From a virus (Duplodnaviria; Caudoviricetes): a DNA stretch of 55,317 nt. The notes beneath the pieces were generated by a model that saw nothing but the letters and a program-made list of their open reading frames with translations, had not been told where the DNA came from and did not search any database. A program made the translations under genes and the position numbers. How positions within the stretch are numbered: the stretch's first letter is position 1; each line of letters starts with the position of its first letter. Location of the stretch: the IMG/VR virus record IMGVR_UViG_3300021510_000001, positions 1 to 55,317 of that record; one strand, 5' to 3'. Below, in pieces: positions 17,846-26,935 of the stretch.

Positions 17846-18480
17846 TAAGGGTTCTCCTCTTCCAGTGGTTGAGTGGGGCCGACCGCCGCCGCCGTGGTGA
17901 TCAGCGTGTCGGGGGTGCCCAGCGGCGTCTGGGTGGATCCGTCGGCCAGCGACTCCTCCACCTCCACCTCGAACAGCAGCACCGCGCCAGCCCAGGTGAT
18001 CGACTTGTTGGGGATGCGCACCGGCGTGCCGAACTGCTCGGTGTAGCTCTCGACCACCAGCCGGCGTCCGCTGTCGCCGGCCTGCCGGGAGTTCAGGGTG
18101 GGGTACTCCAGCAGGCAGAGCCGGCAGGCCATGCTCATCCGGTCGCGCAGCGTCCGGGCGGCATTCCAGTTGGCGTGGTTCGTCCACACCCCGATTTGGC
18201 AGGCGTAGCGGTTCTGGTAGATGAACTGTCCGGCCGGGTCGATCTCCACCCGACGGGGTGCCCGGATCAGTCGGGGCACGGTCACGACCGCCCAGGTGGT
18301 GGCGCCGTCGGCGGCGCTGGTGATCGCGTCGTCGGCGGTCTCACCGGCAACGATCTTCGCCATCTCCGGCAGGGTGGCGGCGTCGAGGTCCCACGCGACG
18401 CGCAGCAGTGGGATCTTGCGGGGCAGCTCGAAGGCCAGGTGATCGATGATCGCCTGCTGGAGTACCTCGATCCCGCGCAC
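17845..18480 (-). CDS. Tail terminator / completion-like protein
   Basis: Position between neck genes and sheath; 211 aa. Confidence 0.6.
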   Translation of the reverse strand: MRGIEVLQQAIIDHLAFELPRKIPLLRVAWDLDAATLPEMAKIVAGETADDAITSAADGATTWAVVTVPRLIRAPRRVEIDPAGQFIYQNRYACQIGVWTNHANWNAARTLRDRMSMACRLCLLEYPTLNSRQAGDSGRRLVVESYTEQFGTPVRIPNKSITWAGAVLLFEVEVEESLADGSTQTPLGTPDTLITTAAAVGPTQPLEEENP

Positions 18481-18483
18481 CGG

Positions 18484-18966
18484 CTACCGCCAGCCGTGCA
18501 CGTGCGGCCGGCCGAACCGCACCCAGCTCACGATGGCGGAGCCGATCGCGTCCTCGCGGGCCACCGGCCCGGCGGAGAGCAGGATCCGCGACGCCATGTA
18601 CTTGGTGCCGTCCTGGTGGAAGTGCGCGTAGGAGATCTTGGTGCCCAGGCTCATCCGTTGCGGGGTGATCCGCTCGATGGAGAACGGCCGGGTCTTCAGG
18701 GAGCGCTCCAGCACGCCGGTGCGGATCAGGATGTCCGGCGGGTAGCCGCGGCGGCGCTTCTCAGCCAGCGTGCTGGCGGCCAGCGGCTTCCACGGCGCTC
18801 CCCAGCGAATCCCGGCGTTGGCGAACTGGATGCGTTGCTGCTCGGCGAACCAGTCGGCGAAGACCTCCCAGGCCGGGCTCACGTCGGCGGCCCGGTCGCG
18901 CATGGCCTGCACCCGTTGCCGTAGCCGGGCGATGTTGCGACCGTGGATACGCAGCACGGTGGCCAT
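18484..18966 (-). CDS. Phage virion morphogenesis protein (Mu gpG / P2 gpS-like)
   Basis: WKPLAASTL..ILIRTGVLERSL..GTKISYAHFHQDGT motif; start MATVLRIHG. Confidence 0.85.
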   Translation of the reverse strand: MATVLRIHGRNIARLRQRVQAMRDRAADVSPAWEVFADWFAEQQRIQFANAGIRWGAPWKPLAASTLAEKRRRGYPPDILIRTGVLERSLKTRPFSIERITPQRMSLGTKISYAHFHQDGTKYMASRILLSAGPVAREDAIGSAIVSWVRFGRPHVHGWR

Positions 18967-18980
18967 GGCGGGTGATCCTT

Positions 18981-19577
18981 TCAGCGGAAGATCACGAGAT
19001 TGCGGTAGATCCCCAGAGTGTTGTTGATCTCGTCTTCGGTCCAGTCTTCGCGTTCCGGCGCGGGCGCGTCGGCCTCCAGGTCGCGGATGACGATCGTGTC
19101 GTCGTGCCGGTTGGTCATCACCGCCTTCGCCTTGAGCAGGATCTCGTCGACCAGGGCGTCGACCGGACCCCAGCCGGCCAGGTATTCCACGCTCGCCGAG
19201 CCGATGCCGTCGACCCGGTTGAACACGCCGATGCTGGGCATCAGGCTGCCCAAGGTCAGCGAACTGGGCACGGCCGAGCTGCTCGCCCGCAGCCGATGGT
19301 TCTGGATGAACCACCCGGTCGGCAGCGGGTCACCCTCGGCGATGGCGGTGCCGTTGAGCGAGGACACCGAAAACACCGGGTAGGTGGTGGCGACCAAGCC
19401 GGTGTGGAGCACCGCGACGGTTTCGGTACAGGGGATCGGGGTCAGTGGTGCGTTGAGCCGGCCCGACAGCCGGCTCTCCACCTGCGCACAGATCTTGGTT
19501 GCCTCCAAGGTCTGGGCTTCCGTCCAGGTCGGGTTGTTCATGTAGTCGTTCAACCGCGCCGCGGTGACCAGGGCCAT
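18981..19577 (-). CDS. Head-tail adaptor
   Basis: LVTAARLNDYM..VEYLAGW pattern, downstream of capsid. Confidence 0.7.
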   Translation of the reverse strand: MALVTAARLNDYMNNPTWTEAQTLEATKICAQVESRLSGRLNAPLTPIPCTETVAVLHTGLVATTYPVFSVSSLNGTAIAEGDPLPTGWFIQNHRLRASSSAVPSSLTLGSLMPSIGVFNRVDGIGSASVEYLAGWGPVDALVDEILLKAKAVMTNRHDDTIVIRDLEADAPAPEREDWTEDEINNTLGIYRNLVIFR

Positions 19578-19580
19578 CGA

Positions 19581-20060
19581 CTACACCTCGGCGGCGGGTT
19601 CAGCGGGCGGGGCGGATTGCTCGACGGTCGCGGCCGGCAACTCCACCACGGTTTCCGGTCGCTGCACGGCCGGTAGCCCGGCCAGCCACGTCGCATAGGC
19701 GTCGCCGCCCAGGTCCTTGAGGTAGGCGGCGTAGATGTCGCGGCGCACGTGTTGACCGGCCAACCACATCCGAGAACTCACCGGGGTGGTGCAGCCCTCG
19801 GGGATCACCGTGCGGTTGCCGTCGACCTCGGCAACCACGTAGAACTCGTCGAAATCCGCTTGCGGCAAGTGGCCGCCGGACTCCACCACGGCCGGCATCT
19901 CCGCCGGATCGAACAGGAACGGCAGCGCTCGGCGGGCCATCTGCTGGCCCACCGGCGCCTCGGGGGTCACCGTGGGGGCCGGCGCGCCGGCCGTGCTACG
20001 ACTCCGCCGGGCACCGGGCTTGCGACCCGCCTTGATGCGATCCAGCGCACTACCGTCCAT
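19581..20060 (-). CDS. Hypothetical head-associated protein
   Basis: ATG 7 nt after -10-like TAGCCT; phage codon usage. Confidence 0.65.
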   Translation of the reverse strand: MDGSALDRIKAGRKPGARRSRSTAGAPAPTVTPEAPVGQQMARRALPFLFDPAEMPAVVESGGHLPQADFDEFYVVAEVDGNRTVIPEGCTTPVSSRMWLAGQHVRRDIYAAYLKDLGGDAYATWLAGLPAVQRPETVVELPAATVEQSAPPAEPAAEV

Positions 20061-20110
20061 GCCCGCCAGGCTAGAGCGCCCGGCGGGCGGCGACGTTCAG
20101 GCGCGCGGAA

Positions 20111-20929
20111 TCAGACCGCGATGGCCAATGCCTCCAGCTCGCGCAATCGGGCCTCGTCCGGACTGAACGTCTCGATGATCATTCGGGCGTAGTCGATCAA
20201 GTCCAGCACCCGGGCGCCCTTCGGGTGCACGCTGGCCCACAGCTCCAAGTTGTCCGGTGCGTTGTTTAGCTTGTTGAGGTCCCGATGATGCACGGTGCAA
20301 CCATCGGGCAGCTCGTGGCCAAGCATTGCCTTCATTACGTGTCGATGCTCGGGAGTCTGCTGTCCGTCTACATAGATCAGGCGATAACCGTTCTTCGTGA
20401 TGTGGCCTTCGGCGTTGGCGGTCAGGTGATCATAAAAACAGGACCGAGAGCAGAATCGTCGTTCCTGCGGGCGACCCACATAGTCACCGCCACACCACTG
20501 ACAGACCAACTTCACCTTAGTGTTCGCGTTGCCGGAGCACGTCAGGGAGCAGAAACGCCGCTTGCCCTGGGAGCGGGGATGTACGAACGCGGTGCCGCAC
20601 TTCTCGCAGGTCGCATCCCAGAAGGTCGGACCGTCACCCAGGGGACTGCGCTCTTGCGCGATGACGCTCATTGCGCAGGATCGAGAACAAAACGGCGACC
20701 TGCCCTGCTTGCTGCGCGCTGCGCTCGGTCGACGGTAGAACGTCGCGCCGCACTTGGGGCAGACGTGTTCGGTGCCCCGGCGCGGCTTGAATGCTTTCGC
20801 GCCGGGGCAGTCTCTACCGCAAAACACTCGACCCGTTTTTGATCGAGCCAGGTCGCTTACGCGCCGACGCAGTTCGGTACCGCAACCGGTGCAGCTCACG
20901 TCGGCGTATTCCACTCGCTCACTTGGCAT
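20111..20929 (-). CDS. Free-standing HNH endonuclease with four CxxC..FCSxxC zinc-finger repeats
   Basis: GYRLI..EHRHVM..VHHRDLNKLNNAPDNLELW; lower GC; leaderless-type start 7 nt after TAAGCT. Confidence 0.9.
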   Translation of the reverse strand: MPSERVEYADVSCTGCGTELRRRVSDLARSKTGRVFCGRDCPGAKAFKPRRGTEHVCPKCGATFYRRPSAARSKQGRSPFCSRSCAMSVIAQERSPLGDGPTFWDATCEKCGTAFVHPRSQGKRRFCSLTCSGNANTKVKLVCQWCGGDYVGRPQERRFCSRSCFYDHLTANAEGHITKNGYRLIYVDGQQTPEHRHVMKAMLGHELPDGCTVHHRDLNKLNNAPDNLELWASVHPKGARVLDLIDYARMIIETFSPDEARLRELEALAIAV

Positions 20930-21012
20930 GGACGTGAGCTTAATCGGAATGCAGTTGCTATCGAGGTCCGACCGGTAACGATTCTCGCCAACGTGGGCTA
21001 AATACCCTCTGA

Positions 21013-22386
21013 TCAGACCGTAGAGCCCGTGACAAGATCAACGTCGCAGAATGACTCGGGACGGCTAACGGTTAAACCGACCCGCTCTTCGGCCAGGATC
21101 ACGACGGCGTTGCGGATGAACAGGTCGCCGTGCTGCTCGGCGACCCGGATGTTGGCCTGCTCGCGGTCGTAGACCTTGGCGCCGAGACCGAACGCGCCGG
21201 TGAGCGCGTGGTGCTGGGCCATCGCCGGGGAGGACACCACCGGCATCTGCCAGATCCGCTTCTCCGCGCCGACCGAGACGTTCATCGCCAGCACGTAGTT
21301 GCGCTGCGAATCCTTGGTCAGCTCCATCTGCTCCCAGTCGAAGGGATGCACGACCACGCCGGTGGGCTCGTAGTAGGCCAGCATGACCCGGGTGGCGGCG
21401 CGGCGCACCGCGTCCACGATCGTGTCGGTGGCCAGCACCGGCGACGGCGACGGGATCGGGGTGCCGGGGTACTGCTGGATGCCGGGGGTGCGCAGGATGC
21501 CGAGAATGTTCTCGCCGGTCCCGTCGCCGTTGAGCAACTGGGCGTCCTCGACCAGGCGCAGACCGTAGAGCAGCTCGGTGTCGATGATGGAGCGCAACTG
21601 CGGTTCGTCGGCCAGGGTGTTGCGGTGCGCCAGCTCGTAGTGGGCCAGCGTGCGCAGCGGCGACTGGGCCGGCTGGAGCTGAAGCTGGGTGTGTGGCTTG
21701 AGGCCGAAGTTGGTGCCGGCGTCGTCCCGCTCGGGAACCGGGGCGGCGTTGTTGAGCCCGTCGATGTAGCCGAGCACCCGGACGTATTCGATCAGGTTGG
21801 CGTTGGTGGTGGCCACCGGGAACAGGTCGCGGACTCGCGCGGTGCGGTAGGCGCGCGGCACGATCGGCTCGCGCTGCGGGTGTCCGAAGGCGAAGTTCGT
21901 CAGCGTGCCACCGGCGGCGGTATAGATGTCCTTCTTCTCCAGGCCTGGGTGCCACAGACCCTGACTGGACAGATCCTCGGCGAGTTCGAAAACCTCGCGG
22001 GTCACGCCGCTGGCCCGGTCCCGGTTCTTGAACGCCTCGGATTCCACGAAGCGCTGACCGATGGACTTCCACTCCATGCCGCCGCGCATGGCGGCGATGG
22101 CGGTGGCCGCGGCGACGCTGCGGTCGGTGGCCGGCTCGTCGTCGTCCTGGTGGTCGAGGAAATCTTGCAGGGACTTGTATTCGCCGAGCCCGCCGAGCAT
22201 GTCTCCGCGGATCTTCTTCTGCTCGTCGATCAGGCTCTTGAACTGGAGCGCGGCCGCCTCGGGCACCTCAATGTTGCCGCCCTCAACTTTGAAGGCGTTG
22301 CCGGTGATGTCGTCAAGCTCGGTGGCGATCGCCTTGAGGCGATCGGTGGCAGCCGCCCGAAATTCGACCAGGCTGGATGTGGACAT
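21013..22386 (-). CDS. Major capsid protein (HK97 fold) with N-terminal delta domain
   Basis: VRDLFPV..EDAQLLNGDGTGENILGIL..VHPFDW..IWQMPVV..FIRNAVVILAEERVGLTVSRPESF. Confidence 0.95.
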   Translation of the reverse strand: MSTSSLVEFRAAATDRLKAIATELDDITGNAFKVEGGNIEVPEAAALQFKSLIDEQKKIRGDMLGGLGEYKSLQDFLDHQDDDEPATDRSVAAATAIAAMRGGMEWKSIGQRFVESEAFKNRDRASGVTREVFELAEDLSSQGLWHPGLEKKDIYTAAGGTLTNFAFGHPQREPIVPRAYRTARVRDLFPVATTNANLIEYVRVLGYIDGLNNAAPVPERDDAGTNFGLKPHTQLQLQPAQSPLRTLAHYELAHRNTLADEPQLRSIIDTELLYGLRLVEDAQLLNGDGTGENILGILRTPGIQQYPGTPIPSPSPVLATDTIVDAVRRAATRVMLAYYEPTGVVVHPFDWEQMELTKDSQRNYVLAMNVSVGAEKRIWQMPVVSSPAMAQHHALTGAFGLGAKVYDREQANIRVAEQHGDLFIRNAVVILAEERVGLTVSRPESFCDVDLVTGSTV

Positions 22387-22528
22387 GGCGAGACTCCCTG
22401 AGGTTTCGGGGTAGCGGTTTCTCGCACATCACCCACACCGGTCAGTACCAGGTGCTCCGCGTTGCGCAGGGGCCAGCATAGATCAGGCCGGCGCGTCGAA
22501 TGTTGATCGACGCGCCGACTTGGTGGGG

Positions 22529-25500
22529 TCACGCGGACTGCCACGCGCCTCTCAGCACCGCGCGCAGCGCGGCCAGTAGCCCCTCTTCCTGAGGAGTACG
22601 CCGCGCTTTGACGGCGAGCGCCGCGATCTTCGAACGGACCCCGTCGGCGCCATGCATAGTCAGGTAGTTGGTTGCCAGTGCGGTGGCATCCAAGGACATG
22701 GTTGGCGCGGTAGTCGGCTCCACTTCCCCCCGCGAGCGCAGTTCGGCATCCACCTCACCGAGCAGCGACCGGATCCGCTCGCGCTCCAACCGGCGCACCG
22801 TGCGGCGCTTGCGCGCCGACGCGGCCCGACGTTCCCGGGTCTCCTTCTTGAGCCGCTGCGCGAGATCCGCGATCGCGGTGGCGTCGTTCGGAGTGTCGGC
22901 GATGACGTGGTCGGCGAGCTGGCGCGCGGTGTCCGAGGCTGCCCGGGAACGTCGCAGGCTGGACTCCAGCCGCGCCTTGGTGCGGGCGATCGCCTCGGCG
23001 TCACCGGCCTCCAGCGCCTCGGCGTGATCCTGGGCGGCGCCGATCAGGCCGGGCCGCTGCTTCGGCCCTTCGGCCGGCGGCGTCGCACCCCCGTCAGCGG
23101 CGCGAGCACGCGCCGCCGGGGCGCGCTGCTGGCGGCGCTCCAGCGCCATCTGCAACCCCAGCTCGGCGTGCAGATCCTCGCGGGTACCGGTGAGTTCCTC
23201 AGGGCTCTGTTCGGCCAGGGTGAGGGTGCCCGCCTCACGCTGCTCGAGCAACGTGGCCACCCGGTCCTGCCGGTCGGCCACCGCGGTGTCCACCTCGAGC
23301 GTGCCGTCCGGCTGCTCGGTGATGCCGAACAGCTCATCGGAGAGGTCGGTGGCGGCGTCGAGCTGGCCTTGCGGGATCTCGACGGTGGGGGGTTCCGGCT
23401 CGGGAACGGGTGGCGGTTCCGGAGTAGGCGGCTCAGGCTCCCCTGAGCCGCGCATTCCTTCGGCGAAGGTTCGCAGGTAGTTCGAAATCCCGCCGTACCC
23501 GTCGTTGCGATCACCTTCACCGCCGAAACCGAGGTTGTCGAGCGCGTCGGCAACCGCGACATACCCGTCGGCGACACTTTCGGCCCGATCGGGAAGTGCG
23601 GTTGCTGACCGTTGTCCACCCCGGGTGGGGTCGACCCGCTTTTTCTTGGCCCGGCTGGGATGCAACATGATTGCGACGGATCGCATGGCAACGCCAGTGT
23701 CGCCGGACAATGCGCCATCGGTGAGTCTGTTTGATAAGTGCGGTGAAGAGACGGCAGAAATCGCGTCCCGTACCTGCCGCGCCAACGGCGACAAATCGGG
23801 GGCGGCCGGCTCGGGTTCCGGGGAGGGCTCCGGCTGGCGCGGCTCGGGTTCCGGGGAGGGCTCCGGCTGGCGCGGCGCGGGAGCCCGCCGAGCCCGCGGC
23901 ACCGGGATCGGCGTGGCGTTGCCATCGGGTGGCAGACCCCAATCGGCCCGGCCGGCGTTGATCTGCTCCGGACTCGGATTGGGCGCATAGGTGCTGCTGT
24001 CCGGCCGGGTGCTCGTGCTCCGCAGCGCCTGCACTCGGATCTGGTCGTAGGTGCCGTCGTCGAAGCGCACCGTTTGGAAGTCGTTGCCCTGCACGTGCTC
24101 GATCCGGGCCAGCAGGGTGCCGACCCGGGCGGAGTTGTCGCGCGGCATCAGGCCGCGGCCGGGTTCGGTGGCCGGCACGATGGCCAGTCGGGTACCGGTG
24201 GGGTAGGGCCGGTTGTATTCGTAGGGCCAGCGCTGCTCGATGTCGCCGGTGATGGGGGCACCGGGCGGGGTGGCGTCGGCCGGGATCGGACCCATGCCGG
24301 GGTCGTGCCGGGCCCGCGGGTCGTCGGGATCCCCGGCGAAGCGCACCGCCGCGACGATGCCGCTGCCCAGTCCGGCCTTGCGGCCAGCGTCGGTTTCGGC
24401 GAGCGCCTTCCCGCCGCTCAGCATGATCATGTCGGATTTCGCGGTGTCCGCGACAGTGACCACGGTGCCGTCCGGCAACCGGATCTCATCGCCCGGCGCG
24501 ACCTCGCGGTGCAGGTAGTCGATGCGGCGCATCCGGAACCCGTCGGCGTCGGGTTCGCCGCCCGGCACAGTCGGCGTGCTGCGGTAGTTGCGGGCCGGAT
24601 ACCGGAAGGTCAGGTTGTTCTGCTCGGCCCACGCGCCGATGGCCCCGGCAGACGCCTCGACCAGCGAGCGATCCTGGCCGTCGCGCCAGCCGCGAATCCA
24701 ATCCGGACGGTCGGATTCGCCCTGCTGCTCATAGGTCGCGGTGAACGGTGCCGGACGGCCCTGCGCGTCGGTGAGCGCGGCCAGCCGGTTGGCCAGATCC
24801 GCCAGCGCCCGCTTGCCGAGTGGCTTTCCACTCTGCGACTCGGTGAACGCGGACGAGTTGACCAGTGACAGCCCTGAGCCGGTGACGATGCTCCAGTTCT
24901 TACTGCCGCTGCCGACGACCGCGACCCGGCCGTTGCCGGCCAACTCGACCGGCCGGCGGCGCTCGGACTGCTGCCCGATCCGGGCTCGGCGTCCCCGCAG
25001 CGCGTCCAGATCGATTTGGGCCGGTGCGGCGTCGGCGAGCGCGTCGGCGCCCGCCGCGTAGCCGGCCTCCCGGTTGGCCTGCTGCTGCTCGTCGGCGATG
25101 TTCTCGGCCCGGACGCGGCGCGCGGTGGCGAGCTGGCTGCGCCGGTGATACTCGGCCGAGTTCATCCCGGCGGCTGGCGCGTCGCTCAGCACGTACTCAT
25201 CGACGGCGGCGAGCTGCTCGGCGTCGACCTTGCGGATCGGCATCGGCGCGTCGCGCTCGACCAGCGTCGCGGCCCTGCCCTGGTAGCCGGACCGGGGCAG
25301 GTTGGCGCGTTCCCCCTCGGGGTCGACCAGGCTGCCGTCGGGTGCGACGTAGTAGCGCTGGTCGTTGAAGTCGAAGACGTCGCCGGGTTGCACGTCGCGC
25401 AGCGCGATGATGCCGCGCCGCTCGATCTCAGCGTCGACGGCGGCTTCGGCGGCGGCCATGACGGCCTCGTCGTCGGTGCCCAGTTCGTCGGCCACGGTGC

Positions 25501-26935
25501 GCCGGAAGTCCAGCAGATCTTGATCGTCGCGCTTGGACAGGTCGCCGAGGCGTTCGGTGATGTCACCGGAGGATTCGGTGTGGGCACGCTGGGCGGCGAT
25601 GAACTCCTCAAGCTCGGTCGTGGCCTGCTTCAGCTTGGTGTTCTCGCCGGTCAGGTGCGCGGCGAAGCCTTCGGGGTCGTCGTGGCCCAGTTCGGCCAAT
25701 GCCGCGGCCAGCGGCTTCTCCTCGAAGGACTCCAGTGCGGTGACGGCCTGCGCGGCGATCCGGTCGAAGTTCTCCTGGCTGGGCGGTGTCCAGTCGGCGG
25801 CGCCGGCCCGTCGGGTGAGCTGCTGGGCGGCCCGGGCCCGGTAGGCGCTGCGGTAGTCGGCCAGTGCGGAGGCGATCAGATCGTCGCGTTCGGCGTCGTC
25901 GGCCCAACTCGCCCACTGCTGTGAGGCCCGCAGATCCTCTTCCAGCTCGAGCGGGGTGAGCCCTTCGTGCAGCAGCGCCTCGATGGTCTGCTCGACTCGG
26001 TTGTCCCGGCCGCGTTCGGCTTCCTCCAGCTCACCGATCAGTGTGGTGACGGCGCCGTCGATGTCGCCGGTGGCGGCCCTGCTGGCGCGCACCCGGGTGT
26101 CCACGTCGGGCTCGGCGAAGAGGCCCTCGGGTTCCTCCTGGCCGGGCTTGGCCGGCTTGGAGCGAGCACCCTCGGCGGGCTTGGTGGTGGTCGTGCCGAC
26201 GCTGCGAGCCGGGATCCGGCCGGCCCGGCGCACCCCTACCGCGGTCTTGCCCTTGGGCCTCATGTGATCGGTGATGGGGGTGCCCACCGGATAGCCCCAG
26301 TAGCCGGCATCGCGGACGTAGCTCACCTTGACCTCGATCGACTCGGGAGGCAGTTCCTGCTCCGAGTCTATCAGGCTAGGCAAAGATTTGATATCCACCT
26401 GGAACGCGAGATCGTTCGCCGGGCGGTGCACCATGGAGTACTCCCACAGATCCAGATCGTGCAGATATCGAGCACCGCCGATATACCGGGTGCGTTCCCA
26501 CACCGGCACGTAGCCGATCGAGTACCACGGCGGCGCGCCGAGTTTTCCTTGCGCCCACGCCAATGCGCGTCGGCCGTCCTTTGTAGACAGATCGAGCTGG
26601 TAGCGCGCGACCAGGGCGCCGGCCTCGCGCGGCCACGGCCGGCCATCCGGCGCCCGCTTCGGCAACTCGGCGTGTCCCGGCGGCAGCTCGCACAGTGCCG
26701 TCGTGTTGCCGATCTGGCGGTGCCAGTTGTGCAGCAGCCGGGGATGTGGCCGCCGCTCCCGCAGCGTCCGCTCAAACGCCCCCGGCACGATGACGTCCCC
26801 CACCTGATCCCGCACGCCGGTGACCGCCACCAGCGCGGTGACGACCCCCAGCGGGTTGACCGAGGTGAGTGCGCCGGTCGGCCGCTCCAGCGCCGTGGCG
26901 GCCTTGACCTCCAGCCCCGGCGGGGACCCGTTCAC
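22529..26935 (-). CDS. Prohead (capsid maturation) protease fused to a ~1270-aa multidomain extension
   Basis: DQVGDVIVPGAF..LHNW..YSIGY..DLWEYSMVHRPAN (HK97-type protease); GTG 26935 overlaps the upstream stop. Confidence 0.85.
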   Translation of the reverse strand: MNGSPPGLEVKAATALERPTGALTSVNPLGVVTALVAVTGVRDQVGDVIVPGAFERTLRERRPHPRLLHNWHRQIGNTTALCELPPGHAELPKRAPDGRPWPREAGALVARYQLDLSTKDGRRALAWAQGKLGAPPWYSIGYVPVWERTRYIGGARYLHDLDLWEYSMVHRPANDLAFQVDIKSLPSLIDSEQELPPESIEVKVSYVRDAGYWGYPVGTPITDHMRPKGKTAVGVRRAGRIPARSVGTTTTKPAEGARSKPAKPGQEEPEGLFAEPDVDTRVRASRAATGDIDGAVTTLIGELEEAERGRDNRVEQTIEALLHEGLTPLELEEDLRASQQWASWADDAERDDLIASALADYRSAYRARAAQQLTRRAGAADWTPPSQENFDRIAAQAVTALESFEEKPLAAALAELGHDDPEGFAAHLTGENTKLKQATTELEEFIAAQRAHTESSGDITERLGDLSKRDDQDLLDFRRTVADELGTDDEAVMAAAEAAVDAEIERRGIIALRDVQPGDVFDFNDQRYYVAPDGSLVDPEGERANLPRSGYQGRAATLVERDAPMPIRKVDAEQLAAVDEYVLSDAPAAGMNSAEYHRRSQLATARRVRAENIADEQQQANREAGYAAGADALADAAPAQIDLDALRGRRARIGQQSERRRPVELAGNGRVAVVGSGSKNWSIVTGSGLSLVNSSAFTESQSGKPLGKRALADLANRLAALTDAQGRPAPFTATYEQQGESDRPDWIRGWRDGQDRSLVEASAGAIGAWAEQNNLTFRYPARNYRSTPTVPGGEPDADGFRMRRIDYLHREVAPGDEIRLPDGTVVTVADTAKSDMIMLSGGKALAETDAGRKAGLGSGIVAAVRFAGDPDDPRARHDPGMGPIPADATPPGAPITGDIEQRWPYEYNRPYPTGTRLAIVPATEPGRGLMPRDNSARVGTLLARIEHVQGNDFQTVRFDDGTYDQIRVQALRSTSTRPDSSTYAPNPSPEQINAGRADWGLPPDGNATPIPVPRARRAPAPRQPEPSPEPEPRQPEPSPEPEPAAPDLSPLARQVRDAISAVSSPHLSNRLTDGALSGDTGVAMRSVAIMLHPSRAKKKRVDPTRGGQRSATALPDRAESVADGYVAVADALDNLGFGGEGDRNDGYGGISNYLRTFAEGMRGSGEPEPPTPEPPPVPEPEPPTVEIPQGQLDAATDLSDELFGITEQPDGTLEVDTAVADRQDRVATLLEQREAGTLTLAEQSPEELTGTREDLHAELGLQMALERRQQRAPAARARAADGGATPPAEGPKQRPGLIGAAQDHAEALEAGDAEAIARTKARLESSLRRSRAASDTARQLADHVIADTPNDATAIADLAQRLKKETRERRAASARKRRTVRRLERERIRSLLGEVDAELRSRGEVEPTTAPTMSLDATALATNYLTMHGADGVRSKIAALAVKARRTPQEEGLLAALRAVLRGAWQSA
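23808..23873. repeat. Perfect 33-bp tandem duplication (Pro/Glu linker RQPEPSPEPEP)
   Basis: GGCTCGGGTTCCGGGGAGGGCTCCGGCTGGCGC x2. Confidence 0.9.
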
